Under the pieces are notes generated by a model. The model worked only from the letters and a program-made list of their open reading frames with translations, was not told the DNA's origin and searched no databases. Of a stretch of 44,054 bases of DNA, positions 17,838-25,536 are shown one piece after another. This DNA is from a virus (taxonomy: Duplodnaviria; Caudoviricetes). The translations under genes were made by a program, and so were the position numbers. Position 1 is the first letter of the stretch; each line of letters opens with the position of its first letter. The DNA is taken from the IMG/VR virus record IMGVR_UViG_3300034777_000284, positions 1-44,054 of that record, one strand, 5' to 3'.

Positions 17838-18118
17838 TTGTCTTCCTCCGAGTGCTCGAACATGGACAGCCACGCAACACGGGCTTCCTGTTTGGAGACG
17901 CGCATTGCGCCTTCTATGGAGAGGTAGTCACGCTCCTCAGGGCAGTCCATTGTGACTTTTAGTTTGTCGGCTGATTTGTAGAGCTCAAAGCAGATGTTGT
18001 CGAAATCACCGAATTTCATATTTTCTGAAGTTAGAGACGTTTGGTGCAGATCGAGCGAGCGACCGACAGTCAAGCCGAAGATCATGAAGCGTAGTTCACG
18101 TTCGTTTTTTATTTCCAT
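17834..18118 (-). CDS. Hypothetical protein
   Basis: AGGAG RBS before ATG 18118. Confidence 0.55.
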   Translation of the reverse strand: MEIKNERELRFMIFGLTVGRSLDLHQTSLTSENMKFGDFDNICFELYKSADKLKVTMDCPEERDYLSIEGAMRVSKQEARVAWLSMFEHSEEDK

Positions 18119-18306
18119 TACTCGTCTCCTAGGTGACGTCGATTTCCGGTAGCTAGCGCTGCGAAGCCGTTGTGTCTTCGACCTCTGTTGATCCCGCCCC
18201 AAGCGTTTTTACGCACGGGTTCCTCCGGGGGAATCGTGTTGTTCGACGTTTTGGTTACTGACTTGCGGAAAGCCTTCGTGTTCCGCGCTGCGCGTTTCTT
18301 GCTCAT
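18118..18306 (-). CDS. Small basic hypothetical protein
   Basis: Start/stop overlaps with both neighbours. Confidence 0.5.
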   Translation of the reverse strand: MSKKRAARNTKAFRKSVTKTSNNTIPPEEPVRKNAWGGINRGRRHNGFAALATGNRRHLGDE

Positions 18307-18515
18307 CGTGCTGGCCCCCAGTTAAAGAAATCGATTACGCCTTGCTTGGTAGGCGCGACGTTATGCGTCAATACCATTTCGAACGCTTTGAAATAGGGGT
18401 ACTCGTTGCACTTCCTTTGTTCAGCGCGGAATTTTTTGAGTTCGCTCATGGTTCGGAACGCTTTGATAACTGGTTCTTCGTTATCGGGCGTCCACTCGTA
18501 GGTGTGGATGATCAT
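18303..18515 (-). CDS. Hypothetical protein
   Basis: GAGG RBS before ATG 18515; the ORF-track start lies inside a terminator. Confidence 0.5.
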   Translation of the reverse strand: MIIHTYEWTPDNEEPVIKAFRTMSELKKFRAEQRKCNEYPYFKAFEMVLTHNVAPTKQGVIDFFNWGPAR

Positions 18516-18641
18516 GGTTTTTGGACCTCTGTTCGTGATTCGTGGTTCACGGGCACGCCGGTCGGAAATGATGATAGTGAAGCAGGCACACCATCTCCGC
18601 CGCTTGTCGCGCCTCTTGCCGCCGGAGCCATACAGCGGCAT

Positions 18642-18674
18642 AAAAAAACCCACACACTCGAAAGAGTGCATGGG
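18642..18674 (-). terminator. Intrinsic terminator
   Basis: Minus-strand CCCAUGCACUC-UUUC-GAGUGUGUGGG followed by U7; the G-U pairs work only on the minus strand. Confidence 0.8.
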
Positions 18675-18685
18675 CTTGGGTGGTG

Positions 18686-19480
18686 CTAAGCGGCTTTGGC
18701 CTTAGCATTGCGCTTGATCACACGCTTGTTGGACAAGTTGGATTGCAGCGCTTCGAGGCGTTCCTGCGACGGCATTCGAGGATCGTCTTCGAGCGCGAAT
18801 GGTTCGTTTAGGTCAGACTCGTCGAGTGCGTCAGCAGCTTGCAACTGCTTGGCGATCTCGGCCATGTAGGACATTGCCTCGTCCCAGTCGTCTGTCTTGA
18901 TCTCGTTGACCCACTCACCGTCTTTGAGGGTAGAAGGCGCGAACAGATACAGCGGCTGGGCGTTCGAGACTCGAAGCTTGGCGGCAATCTTTACAGCGGT
19001 GTATTCGAGAAGGGAGTGTACGTGCTCGATCTCGCTTTTGATCATGGCTTGCGACTCGGCGTTGAAGCCCTGTTCTTCAGCGTAATCAGCAGCAAAGTCG
19101 ATACCGTTAGCGTTATCTAACTCTTGCTCAAGCTCGTCAACGTCGAGACGCTTGGTAGCGCCCTTACGAACGTTCCAGCAGATTTTGTCCATGACATTCT
19201 GCAAGAAGCCGTAGTACGAGATGTTGTAGTACCGAGGCTTGAATGCTTCGCCAATCTCCTTGGCTTTCTCCTCAGCGTGTCCGTTGTCGATCGCGTTACG
19301 GAGGGACGCTTTGTACAGCGCGTGAAAGATCGACGTTGCGGCGTTGGCGCCGCGTGTTTTGGACATTTCGGCGTGAACTGCGATAGCCATGCCGGATTTG
19401 TAGGCGGAATTGCCGTTAGCGATATCTAAGATAGCGGTTTCGACAATGAGATTAACGTTGTTTACGTCTACGTTTTCCAT
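18686..19480 (-). CDS. Acidic helical hypothetical protein (264 aa)
   Basis: Long ORF with AGGA RBS, structured leader and its own terminator. Confidence 0.75.
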   Translation of the reverse strand: MENVDVNNVNLIVETAILDIANGNSAYKSGMAIAVHAEMSKTRGANAATSIFHALYKASLRNAIDNGHAEEKAKEIGEAFKPRYYNISYYGFLQNVMDKICWNVRKGATKRLDVDELEQELDNANGIDFAADYAEEQGFNAESQAMIKSEIEHVHSLLEYTAVKIAAKLRVSNAQPLYLFAPSTLKDGEWVNEIKTDDWDEAMSYMAEIAKQLQAADALDESDLNEPFALEDDPRMPSQERLEALQSNLSNKRVIKRNAKAKAA

Positions 19481-19587
19481 GATTGGAATTTCCTATTCAA
19501 GTTTAAAAGAACGAAACAGATCCTCTGTTTCAAAAACAAAACCGACGCGCCACGTCGGAGACGTAGGCGCAGGTTTACGGGCTTACC

Positions 19588-19776
19588 TCAAGAGGCGCTG
19601 GGCTTTGGATTCCAAAAACCGATGTCCTCGCTGAAATGCGACTCAGCAAATATATTAGCATCACTAATATCGTCAGCCAAGTTTAAGACGTCGACGGACT
19701 GAGGCCGTGCCTCCGCGTGATCGATTACGGAATCTAGTAGAGACCAACGCTCTACGTTGAGATTAAGTTCCTTCAT
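19588..19776 (-). CDS. Hypothetical protein
   Basis: AGGAG RBS before ATG 19776. Confidence 0.5.
   Translation of the reverse strand: MKELNLNVERWSLLDSVIDHAEARPQSVDVLNLADDISDANIFAESHFSEDIGFWNPKPSAS
19652..19670 (-). promoter_or_regulatory. Promoter-operator cassette 6 (intragenic)
   Basis: ATATTAG-CATCA-CTAATAT; minus strand TTGGCT-N17-TAATAT plus extended -10 TG. Confidence 0.8.
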
Positions 19777-19800
19777 ATGATTGCTCCTACGCAATTGAGT

Positions 19801-20052
19801 TTAACGGGAATGATAGTCGTGCAGATCCACTGCGGCTGAGATGCCAGTGTGGTCTTCCAGATCGTCGACATCGGACTCAATATCCATGAGCAGCAATGTC
19901 ATGATACCTAGCATTACGTCGCTAGGGTTTTCTTTTGCATACGTTGCAGCGCGTTGTGCGTACGGACGAGCTGCGTTGATGTACGCATCTTTGCGCGCGA
20001 ACACACGGCTCGCGGTAGCTTTGAGGTTACTAATCAAGGGTGATACCTCCAT
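19801..20052 (-). CDS. Hypothetical protein
   Basis: Co-oriented early ORF. Confidence 0.5.
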   Translation of the reverse strand: MEVSPLISNLKATASRVFARKDAYINAARPYAQRAATYAKENPSDVMLGIMTLLLMDIESDVDDLEDHTGISAAVDLHDYHSR

Positions 20053-20326
20053 TGGTTGATGATAGATAGGTTTCTTCGTGATCGAGGCGACCTACTCGTG
20101 GGACGACATCTGTGGTTGCGAAATCAAGAGCGAACGGATAGAGATCATCTATGTCCTCGGTGCAGAGATACGCATCGTTCCACTCGTTACGCAGGCAAAT
20201 GAGGTTGCCGTGCGGAAGATCGGACGAGTACATCAGTTCGCGATTGAAGTGGTTGTTCAGCATTACGATCGTGAAAAAGATGAATAAGACGGAACCGGCG
20301 AGAAAAAGATTACGAAGGATGGTCAT
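20030..20326 (-). CDS. Membrane-anchored hypothetical protein
   Basis: N-terminal TM segment; AAGGAG RBS. Confidence 0.6.
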   Translation of the reverse strand: MTILRNLFLAGSVLFIFFTIVMLNNHFNRELMYSSDLPHGNLICLRNEWNDAYLCTEDIDDLYPFALDFATTDVVPRVGRLDHEETYLSSTNGGITLD

Positions 20327-20694
20327 TACATATACTCCTTATAAAGAATGACTTCAGTTTGTAGACCAAGATCGCGAGCGATGTTGATCATGTGTAAAGT
20401 GCCGCGAGACTCGTTATCCCAGAACGCGACTAGTGCATCTGCATACTCAGCCATCTGAGTATTACGTTTGTAGCCAGCAGATTTGCCGTGCTTCTCCCAA
20501 TCAGCTGGGAACAGCTTGACTGCGTACCCACGGCTTCGGGCATATGCTTCGCCCATACGGTCTGCGCCACGCGCTCTGCCTGAGACGATCTCGACTTCGT
20601 CGGGTTGGTGGTCGGATAGCAGGTGGTCGAGAGTCACTTGCATGATAGTGGGACTGTTGAAGTACCTAGTCCCTGCTACGATTACACGGAGCAT
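20326..20694 (-). CDS. SLOG-family protein (DUF2493/YspA-like)
   Basis: VIVAGTR, IVSGRARGAD, PADW..HGKSAGYKRN.QM, AFWD.ESRGT. Confidence 0.85.
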   Translation of the reverse strand: MLRVIVAGTRYFNSPTIMQVTLDHLLSDHQPDEVEIVSGRARGADRMGEAYARSRGYAVKLFPADWEKHGKSAGYKRNTQMAEYADALVAFWDNESRGTLHMINIARDLGLQTEVILYKEYM

Positions 20695-21056
20695 CTCTTG
20701 GACTCCTTTAGTCGTTCGAGCTTGCCTTCTTGGTCGAAAAGCAATTCGCGCATCTCGAGTATTTGTGTTTGAACACTGTCTAGTCTGTCTAGCCCTAAAC
20801 CAGCGTCTGCTAACGCTACAAGTGTGAACATCCTGTCTACAAAGTCAGTGCATTCTGCGTGCAGTTCGCGGTAGTTCGTTTGTAGAACTTGGTATTCAAA
20901 CGTCTTGTGAAAGTTAGCCATTCGGTATTGAGCAAGGCGGATGTCGTGTTTAGCTTGCGTCATGTAGTGGTAGTCATCAGCGATGAAACAGGCTTCGTCG
21001 TAATCCTGACGTGCTTCTTTTAGTTCGAGAGATATCTCATTGAGGAGATTGTTCAT
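20682..21056 (-). CDS. Hypothetical coiled-coil protein
   Basis: GGAGG RBS; coupled to the upstream stop. Confidence 0.6.
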   Translation of the reverse strand: MNNLLNEISLELKEARQDYDEACFIADDYHYMTQAKHDIRLAQYRMANFHKTFEYQVLQTNYRELHAECTDFVDRMFTLVALADAGLGLDRLDSVQTQILEMRELLFDQEGKLERLKESKRCSV

Positions 21057-21247
21057 CAGTGAACCTCCGGTTGGTTTTGTTCGGCGTCATCTGCGACGGC
21101 GCTGAACAGGTGGAACATTACGTTGCGGTAGTCCTCGTTGATCACGAACATGACACCCGCGATGGCGAGTGCAGCGGTCGTGATAAGCAAGGCTCCGCAT
21201 AAAAATGCGAAGAAAATAGCGAAGAAAGTAGCCATATGGCTCTCCAA
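21056..21247 (-). CDS. Small membrane protein
   Basis: Long hydrophobic stretch; likely true start ATG 21235. Confidence 0.55.
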   Translation of the reverse strand: MESHMATFFAIFFAFLCGALLITTAALAIAGVMFVINEDYRNVMFHLFSAVADDAEQNQPEVH

Positions 21248-21290
21248 TTGATGATAGTCATTAATGACCGTGATTCGTGGTTCGCGGTCA

Positions 21291-21604
21291 GTGTGTAGCA
21301 GGAACAGGGGGTGTGTAGCAGCTTGGTAGCAGCTTTGGTAGCAGGTTCAAAACACACAAAATGTAATGAAAACAATGATGTAGCAGTGTGTAGCATGTGT
21401 AGCAGGTAATTTTGAGTTGAAGTTCGATTTAGAAAAAAAAACGGTGTTTTTCAGAAACGGTATAAACAAGTCAAAAAAGCTGCTACACATGCTACACATA
21501 GGGTGTTTAGGCCTAAGTGGTTGAATACAAAGGAAAACTTTGTGTAGCAGATTCGAAAAAAAAGCTGCTACACACCTGCTACACACTTCAAAGCTGCTAC
21601 ACAC
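21291..21604. repeat. Iteron-like array, candidate replication origin
   Basis: 13 copies of core GTAGCA, mostly TGTGTAGCAG: 7 forward, AT-rich gap, 2 reverse, 1 forward, 3 reverse; intergenic with A-tracts. Confidence 0.8.
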
Positions 21605-21820
21605 CTAAATGGCGTCCAGACTTACGATTCCCAAGAGCCACTCGACGTGGAGCAAGATCCGTAATTCTTTGTCCGAGAGGCGCGATCCACGCTTCTGTTT
21701 GGAACGATACTTGTCGAAGACAGCCTTAGCGGTGTCCCACAGGACGTCACTCAAAGCGACGGTACAGCGGTTGTCGATGCTCAGGAGCATGCGTTCTACT
21801 GGGGTGTAGAATAGTTTCAT
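21605..21820 (-). CDS. Hypothetical protein
   Basis: GGAG RBS. Confidence 0.55.
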   Translation of the reverse strand: MKLFYTPVERMLLSIDNRCTVALSDVLWDTAKAVFDKYRSKQKRGSRLSDKELRILLHVEWLLGIVSLDAI

Positions 21821-21832
21821 GGGTTTTCTCCG

Positions 21833-22021
21833 TTACAGTTTCGAGGTGTGATAGTGATAGGCCTTGAACGACGCTTCTTGGGGATCGAATCCCATACGTA
21901 GATAGCGACGATAGGCATTACGGATTGCTGCCCGCTGGGGCGTGGGACGCGGGTCGCGAGCCTCCTGGCGAGCGAGCGGCGTACGGGCGAAGTGTTGTTC
22001 GAACATGTCTGACGTGGTCAT
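21833..22021 (-). CDS. Hypothetical protein
   Basis: AAGGAG RBS; TAATG coupling. Confidence 0.55.
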   Translation of the reverse strand: MTTSDMFEQHFARTPLARQEARDPRPTPQRAAIRNAYRRYLRMGFDPQEASFKAYHYHTSKL

Positions 22022-22356
22022 TACACTTCTCCTTGCTTAGCGGCTTGGTAAGCGGCGGCCAGCTCAGCGCGTTTCTGCTGGATCAGCAGTGCAGCTTCGG
22101 TCGGTGGCAGTTGAGCGCGCAGGGGCTTCGCGGATCGTGGTTCTTGGGTCGCGGCTCGTACTCGCTTCCACCCGTTGAGTAGCAGCGCGCCTTGTGCGTT
22201 GATGAACTTGATCCACTGATTAGCGTCCCTACGTGACGGGGCGTTCAGTGCCCATACGCTGCCGTTCTTTAGCTGGGCGTAGATCGTTGCACTGCCTTTG
22301 CTCTTGCCGAGGGAAAGCTTTACTGGGTTACCGATAAGGTTGTTCGACTGTGACAT
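22021..22356 (-). CDS. First gene of the leftward arm, hypothetical
   Basis: AAGGAG RBS before ATG 22356. Confidence 0.6.
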   Translation of the reverse strand: MSQSNNLIGNPVKLSLGKSKGSATIYAQLKNGSVWALNAPSRRDANQWIKFINAQGALLLNGWKRVRAATQEPRSAKPLRAQLPPTEAALLIQQKRAELAAAYQAAKQGEV

Positions 22357-22445
22357 CTCTGTCTCCTTGATTGTGATTGGACGAACCATTCATCCAATTC
22401 ATAACGACACCGACGACGAGCGACGCTAGGAGCGAGGCGTTTTGC

Positions 22446-22590
22446 GACAAGGTTCCACAGATGAACACGGGACAAGGTTCCAACACTGCGGATCGGGGTA
22501 CGGGGGGCGTGACAGGCCAAGGGGGGAGATAGTCCGTGAGCGATATAGACGTAAAAATGAAAAAAAATTTTTCAAAAAATTTTGCAGAAA
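22446..22590. other. Strand-switch region, candidate genome end/packaging site
   Basis: Direct repeat GACAAGGTTCCA (22446-22457, 22471-22482), G-runs, then A/T tracts; upstream of HNH and terminase genes. Confidence 0.45.
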
Positions 22591-22622
22591 CATGCCTTTA
22601 GGAGTGTATGCTCCAGCACTTA

Positions 22623-22641
22623 TTAATAGTGATGCTAATAT
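22623..22641 (+). promoter_or_regulatory. Promoter-operator cassette 7
   Basis: TTAATAG-TGATG-CTAATAT; plus strand extended -10 TGcTAATAT. Confidence 0.7.
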
Positions 22642-22650
22642 CTTTACGTT

Positions 22651-23121
22651 ATGACAGCAGCCACCCTCGTCTGTTCAGCCTGCGGTTTCGAAAAACCAAA
22701 AAAGGAATTTGAGCGCAACCGAGTTCAGTGCCAGGCGTGTCGCATAACCGCGAACCAAAAACGAATATCCGCGAGCTACGAATCGTACTTGCGGAACCTC
22801 TATTCAAAATCCAAGAACTCCAACAAACGCGATCCACGAGCCGTGAACCGCGATTGGCACATAACGTATGAAGATTTAGTTGCGAAGTGGGAGGAGCAAG
22901 GAGGACGATGCGCGTTGTCCGGTGTATACCTCACGCATCACGTTGATGGCTCCGGTGTTAAAGACCATAACGCGTCAATAGACAGGATTTCGCAAGAAGT
23001 TGGTTATACCCCGTCGAATACGCAGCTGGTGTGCTATCGCATCAATATAATGAAGCACAATTTGCCCGAAGATATGTTCTTTTGGTGGGTCAAGACCGTC
23101 GCCAATTTCACTTGTGATTAA
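22651..23121 (+). CDS. HNH-like endonuclease with N-terminal Zn ribbon
   Basis: CSAC...CQAC; QGGRCALSG; ASIDRI...GY..SNTQLVC..IN.MK. Confidence 0.75.
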   Translation: MTAATLVCSACGFEKPKKEFERNRVQCQACRITANQKRISASYESYLRNLYSKSKNSNKRDPRAVNRDWHITYEDLVAKWEEQGGRCALSGVYLTHHVDGSGVKDHNASIDRISQEVGYTPSNTQLVCYRINIMKHNLPEDMFFWWVKTVANFTCD

Positions 23122-23140
23122 ATATTAGTGACGCTAATAT
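23122..23140 (+). promoter_or_regulatory. Promoter-operator cassette 8 (packaging operon)
   Basis: ATATTAG-TGACG-CTAATAT; TTGTGA-N17-TAATAT. Confidence 0.8.
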
Positions 23141-23146
23141 GCCGAG

Positions 23147-23413
23147 ATGAGCGAAGTAGAAGTCATCGCTATTGAAGGTCTTGACGCCGCAATTATCGGG
23201 TCAACCGTTCGCGATGGCCGTGAAGTCCTCGCTTATGACATCGACAAAGCTGTCGAAATACTTGTGTCGCACGGGTACTCCGAGGAGTACGCGGAAGAAT
23301 GGATCACGGAGATGTGTTCGAACTCGTTCGACGGATCACCTGCGTTTGTGTATGTAAATGAAGAACCAGAGTTTCATGGAACAGGCACCCCAATCGGAGT
23401 CACAGTCCACTGA
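23147..23413 (+). CDS. Acidic phage hypothetical protein
   Basis: EGLDAAIIG...AYD..K motif; precedes the terminase genes. Confidence 0.65.
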   Translation: MSEVEVIAIEGLDAAIIGSTVRDGREVLAYDIDKAVEILVSHGYSEEYAEEWITEMCSNSFDGSPAFVYVNEEPEFHGTGTPIGVTVH

Positions 23414-23891
23414 CTTAGTGAGCGAACATACGGAGTTTCAATCGCATCTGCCCTACATGGGCCTGACACGCGGTTCACTGACCATGCAGCAGGAAAAGCT
23501 GGTCTCGCTTATCAGTTCAGGAATGACGATCGCGGCTGCGGGTCGCGGCGCAGGATACTCTTCGCCCCAAGCAACCTACGAAGCTGCAAAACGGCCTTCT
23601 GTAGCGCAAGCCATCGAGTATTTTCGCCAAGAGATGCGTGAAGAGGTGAAGTTCACCAACCAGCACGCGCACATGATGTACATGGAGGCGTACAACTCGT
23701 CGGCAAACGCCACCGAGATGAAAAACACCACCGATTCCCTGGTCAAGCTGCACGGTTTGGCCGCACCGGAAAACGCTACGCAGGTAAACATCAGCATCAA
23801 CGGCACCAAGCAGCTAGAGCGCATGAGCGACGAGGATCTGTTGAAGATTGCGGGTAAGGATCTGGACTACCTCGAACCCAAGAGCGATTAA
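23358..23891 (+). CDS. terS: Terminase small subunit
   Basis: LTMQQEK...AAGRGAGYS HTH-like motif; coupled to terL. Confidence 0.75.
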   Translation: MKNQSFMEQAPQSESQSTDLVSEHTEFQSHLPYMGLTRGSLTMQQEKLVSLISSGMTIAAAGRGAGYSSPQATYEAAKRPSVAQAIEYFRQEMREEVKFTNQHAHMMYMEAYNSSANATEMKNTTDSLVKLHGLAAPENATQVNISINGTKQLERMSDEDLLKIAGKDLDYLEPKSD

Positions 23892-25534
23892 TGACAGATG
23901 TCATAAAGATCGAATGCGTACGCTGCAAAGCGTCTCACCCCGAGACTTTGTACTCGGGAGACGACCGCCTCTGCGTGTACTGCAAATCGGATATCGCGGA
24001 GCAAGAACCGCAGCCCGCGACCCCCGAACCGGAGGTCGAGCAGGAAGCCACGGTTGAAGAGAAGGCGCGCGCGGAACTCGCTTTGCGGTTCCTGACCCGC
24101 CGGAAGTTGTTGCCGTTCGTGGAGCGGTTCAACCCTGAGTATCAGGCGGGTTGGGTACATAAGGACATATGTAAACGATTAGAGGAGTTTTCCCGAGATG
24201 TTGCAGCGAAGAAGTCGCCTCGACTCATGCTCTTCATGCCACCACGGCACGGTAAGAGCACGCTTGCATCGGTTGGATTCCCAGCTTGGCACCTTGGGCG
24301 ACATCCTGAACATGAGTTCATTAGTTGTTCTTACTCGGGTTCACTCGCAATGGGCTTCAGCCGCAAGGTTCGTGGTCTCCTTCGCGAAGAGGGATATAAG
24401 TCCGCCTTCAAGACCCGTCTCGACCCTCAGTCACAGTCTGCTGAAGCATGGCTTACTACTGTTGGTGGTGGTTACGTTGCTGCCGGTGTTGGCGGCGGTA
24501 TCACTGGTAAAGGCGCTCACATCCTCGTTATTGACGATCCGGTAAAAAACCGAGACGACGCAGAATCACAAAACGCGCGCGACAGTGCCTGGGACTGGTA
24601 CACCTCTACCGCTTACACACGTCTCGCGCCAGGCGGCGGCGTGCTGGTAATTCTTACCCGCTGGCATGACGACGATTTAGCGGGTCGCCTGCTCAAAGCT
24701 GCCGCAGATAACGGTGAGCAGTGGGAGGTTGTGAACTACCCAGCCAGAGCCGAGGTGGACGAGGAGTTTCGGCAGCAAGGTGAGGCCCTGCACCGCGAAC
24801 GGTATGACGAAGAAGCGCTCGCACGGATCGAGAAAGCTGTCGGGCCCAGAGACTGGTCGGCGCTGTATCAGCAGAACCCCGTTGCAGATGACGGCGACTA
24901 CTTCACCAGAGACATGATCCAGTACTACGACCGCGACGAAGTGGACGAAGAGCGTATGCGGTACTACTGCGCTTGGGACTTGGCGATCGGTAAGAACGAC
25001 AGGAACGACTACACAGTCGGGATCGTCGTCGGGGTCGACGAGTACGACCAGATGTTCGTGATGGACATGGTGCGCGGCCGCTTCGACGGCTTCGAACTGG
25101 TGGAGCAGATTCTCGATCTGTACGAGTCGTGGAAGCCGTCGATCATAGGTATTGAGAAAGGACACATCGAGATGGCCCTCGGGCCGTTCCTCGAAAAACG
25201 CGTTCGTGAGCGTGGGCTCTACGAGGCGTACTTCAAAGATTTGAAAACTGGCCGCAGGGACAAAGAAGCGCGCGCCAGAGCAATCCAAGGCCGGATGCAA
25301 CAGGGCATGGTCTTCCTGCCCAGAGATGAGGAATTTACTGGCCCATTAGTCGCAGAACTTCTGCGTTTCCCTAATGGCGTACACGACGACCAAGTAGATG
25401 CCTTGGCTTGGATCGGTCTGATGATGACCGAGTTCAGCACCTTCGTAGAGAAGATCGAACACATCCCAAGCTGGAGAGACCGGCTCCCTGGATTACTCAA
25501 GGGCGAACGCAATAAATCAGCAATGAGCGCATAA
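23891..25534 (+). CDS. terL: Terminase large subunit
   Basis: MPPRHGKS, VIDDP, TRWH, AWDLA, HDDQVDA. Confidence 0.95.
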   Translation: MTDVIKIECVRCKASHPETLYSGDDRLCVYCKSDIAEQEPQPATPEPEVEQEATVEEKARAELALRFLTRRKLLPFVERFNPEYQAGWVHKDICKRLEEFSRDVAAKKSPRLMLFMPPRHGKSTLASVGFPAWHLGRHPEHEFISCSYSGSLAMGFSRKVRGLLREEGYKSAFKTRLDPQSQSAEAWLTTVGGGYVAAGVGGGITGKGAHILVIDDPVKNRDDAESQNARDSAWDWYTSTAYTRLAPGGGVLVILTRWHDDDLAGRLLKAAADNGEQWEVVNYPARAEVDEEFRQQGEALHRERYDEEALARIEKAVGPRDWSALYQQNPVADDGDYFTRDMIQYYDRDEVDEERMRYYCAWDLAIGKNDRNDYTVGIVVGVDEYDQMFVMDMVRGRFDGFELVEQILDLYESWKPSIIGIEKGHIEMALGPFLEKRVRERGLYEAYFKDLKTGRRDKEARARAIQGRMQQGMVFLPRDEEFTGPLVAELLRFPNGVHDDQVDALAWIGLMMTEFSTFVEKIEHIPSWRDRLPGLLKGERNKSAMSA

Positions 25535-25536
25535 CG

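Noticed and set aside
21291-21604. CRISPR array (with the Cas4-like gene at 7345)
   Set aside because: Repeats are about 10 bp, irregularly spaced and in both orientations; stand-alone Cas4-like nucleases are common in phages
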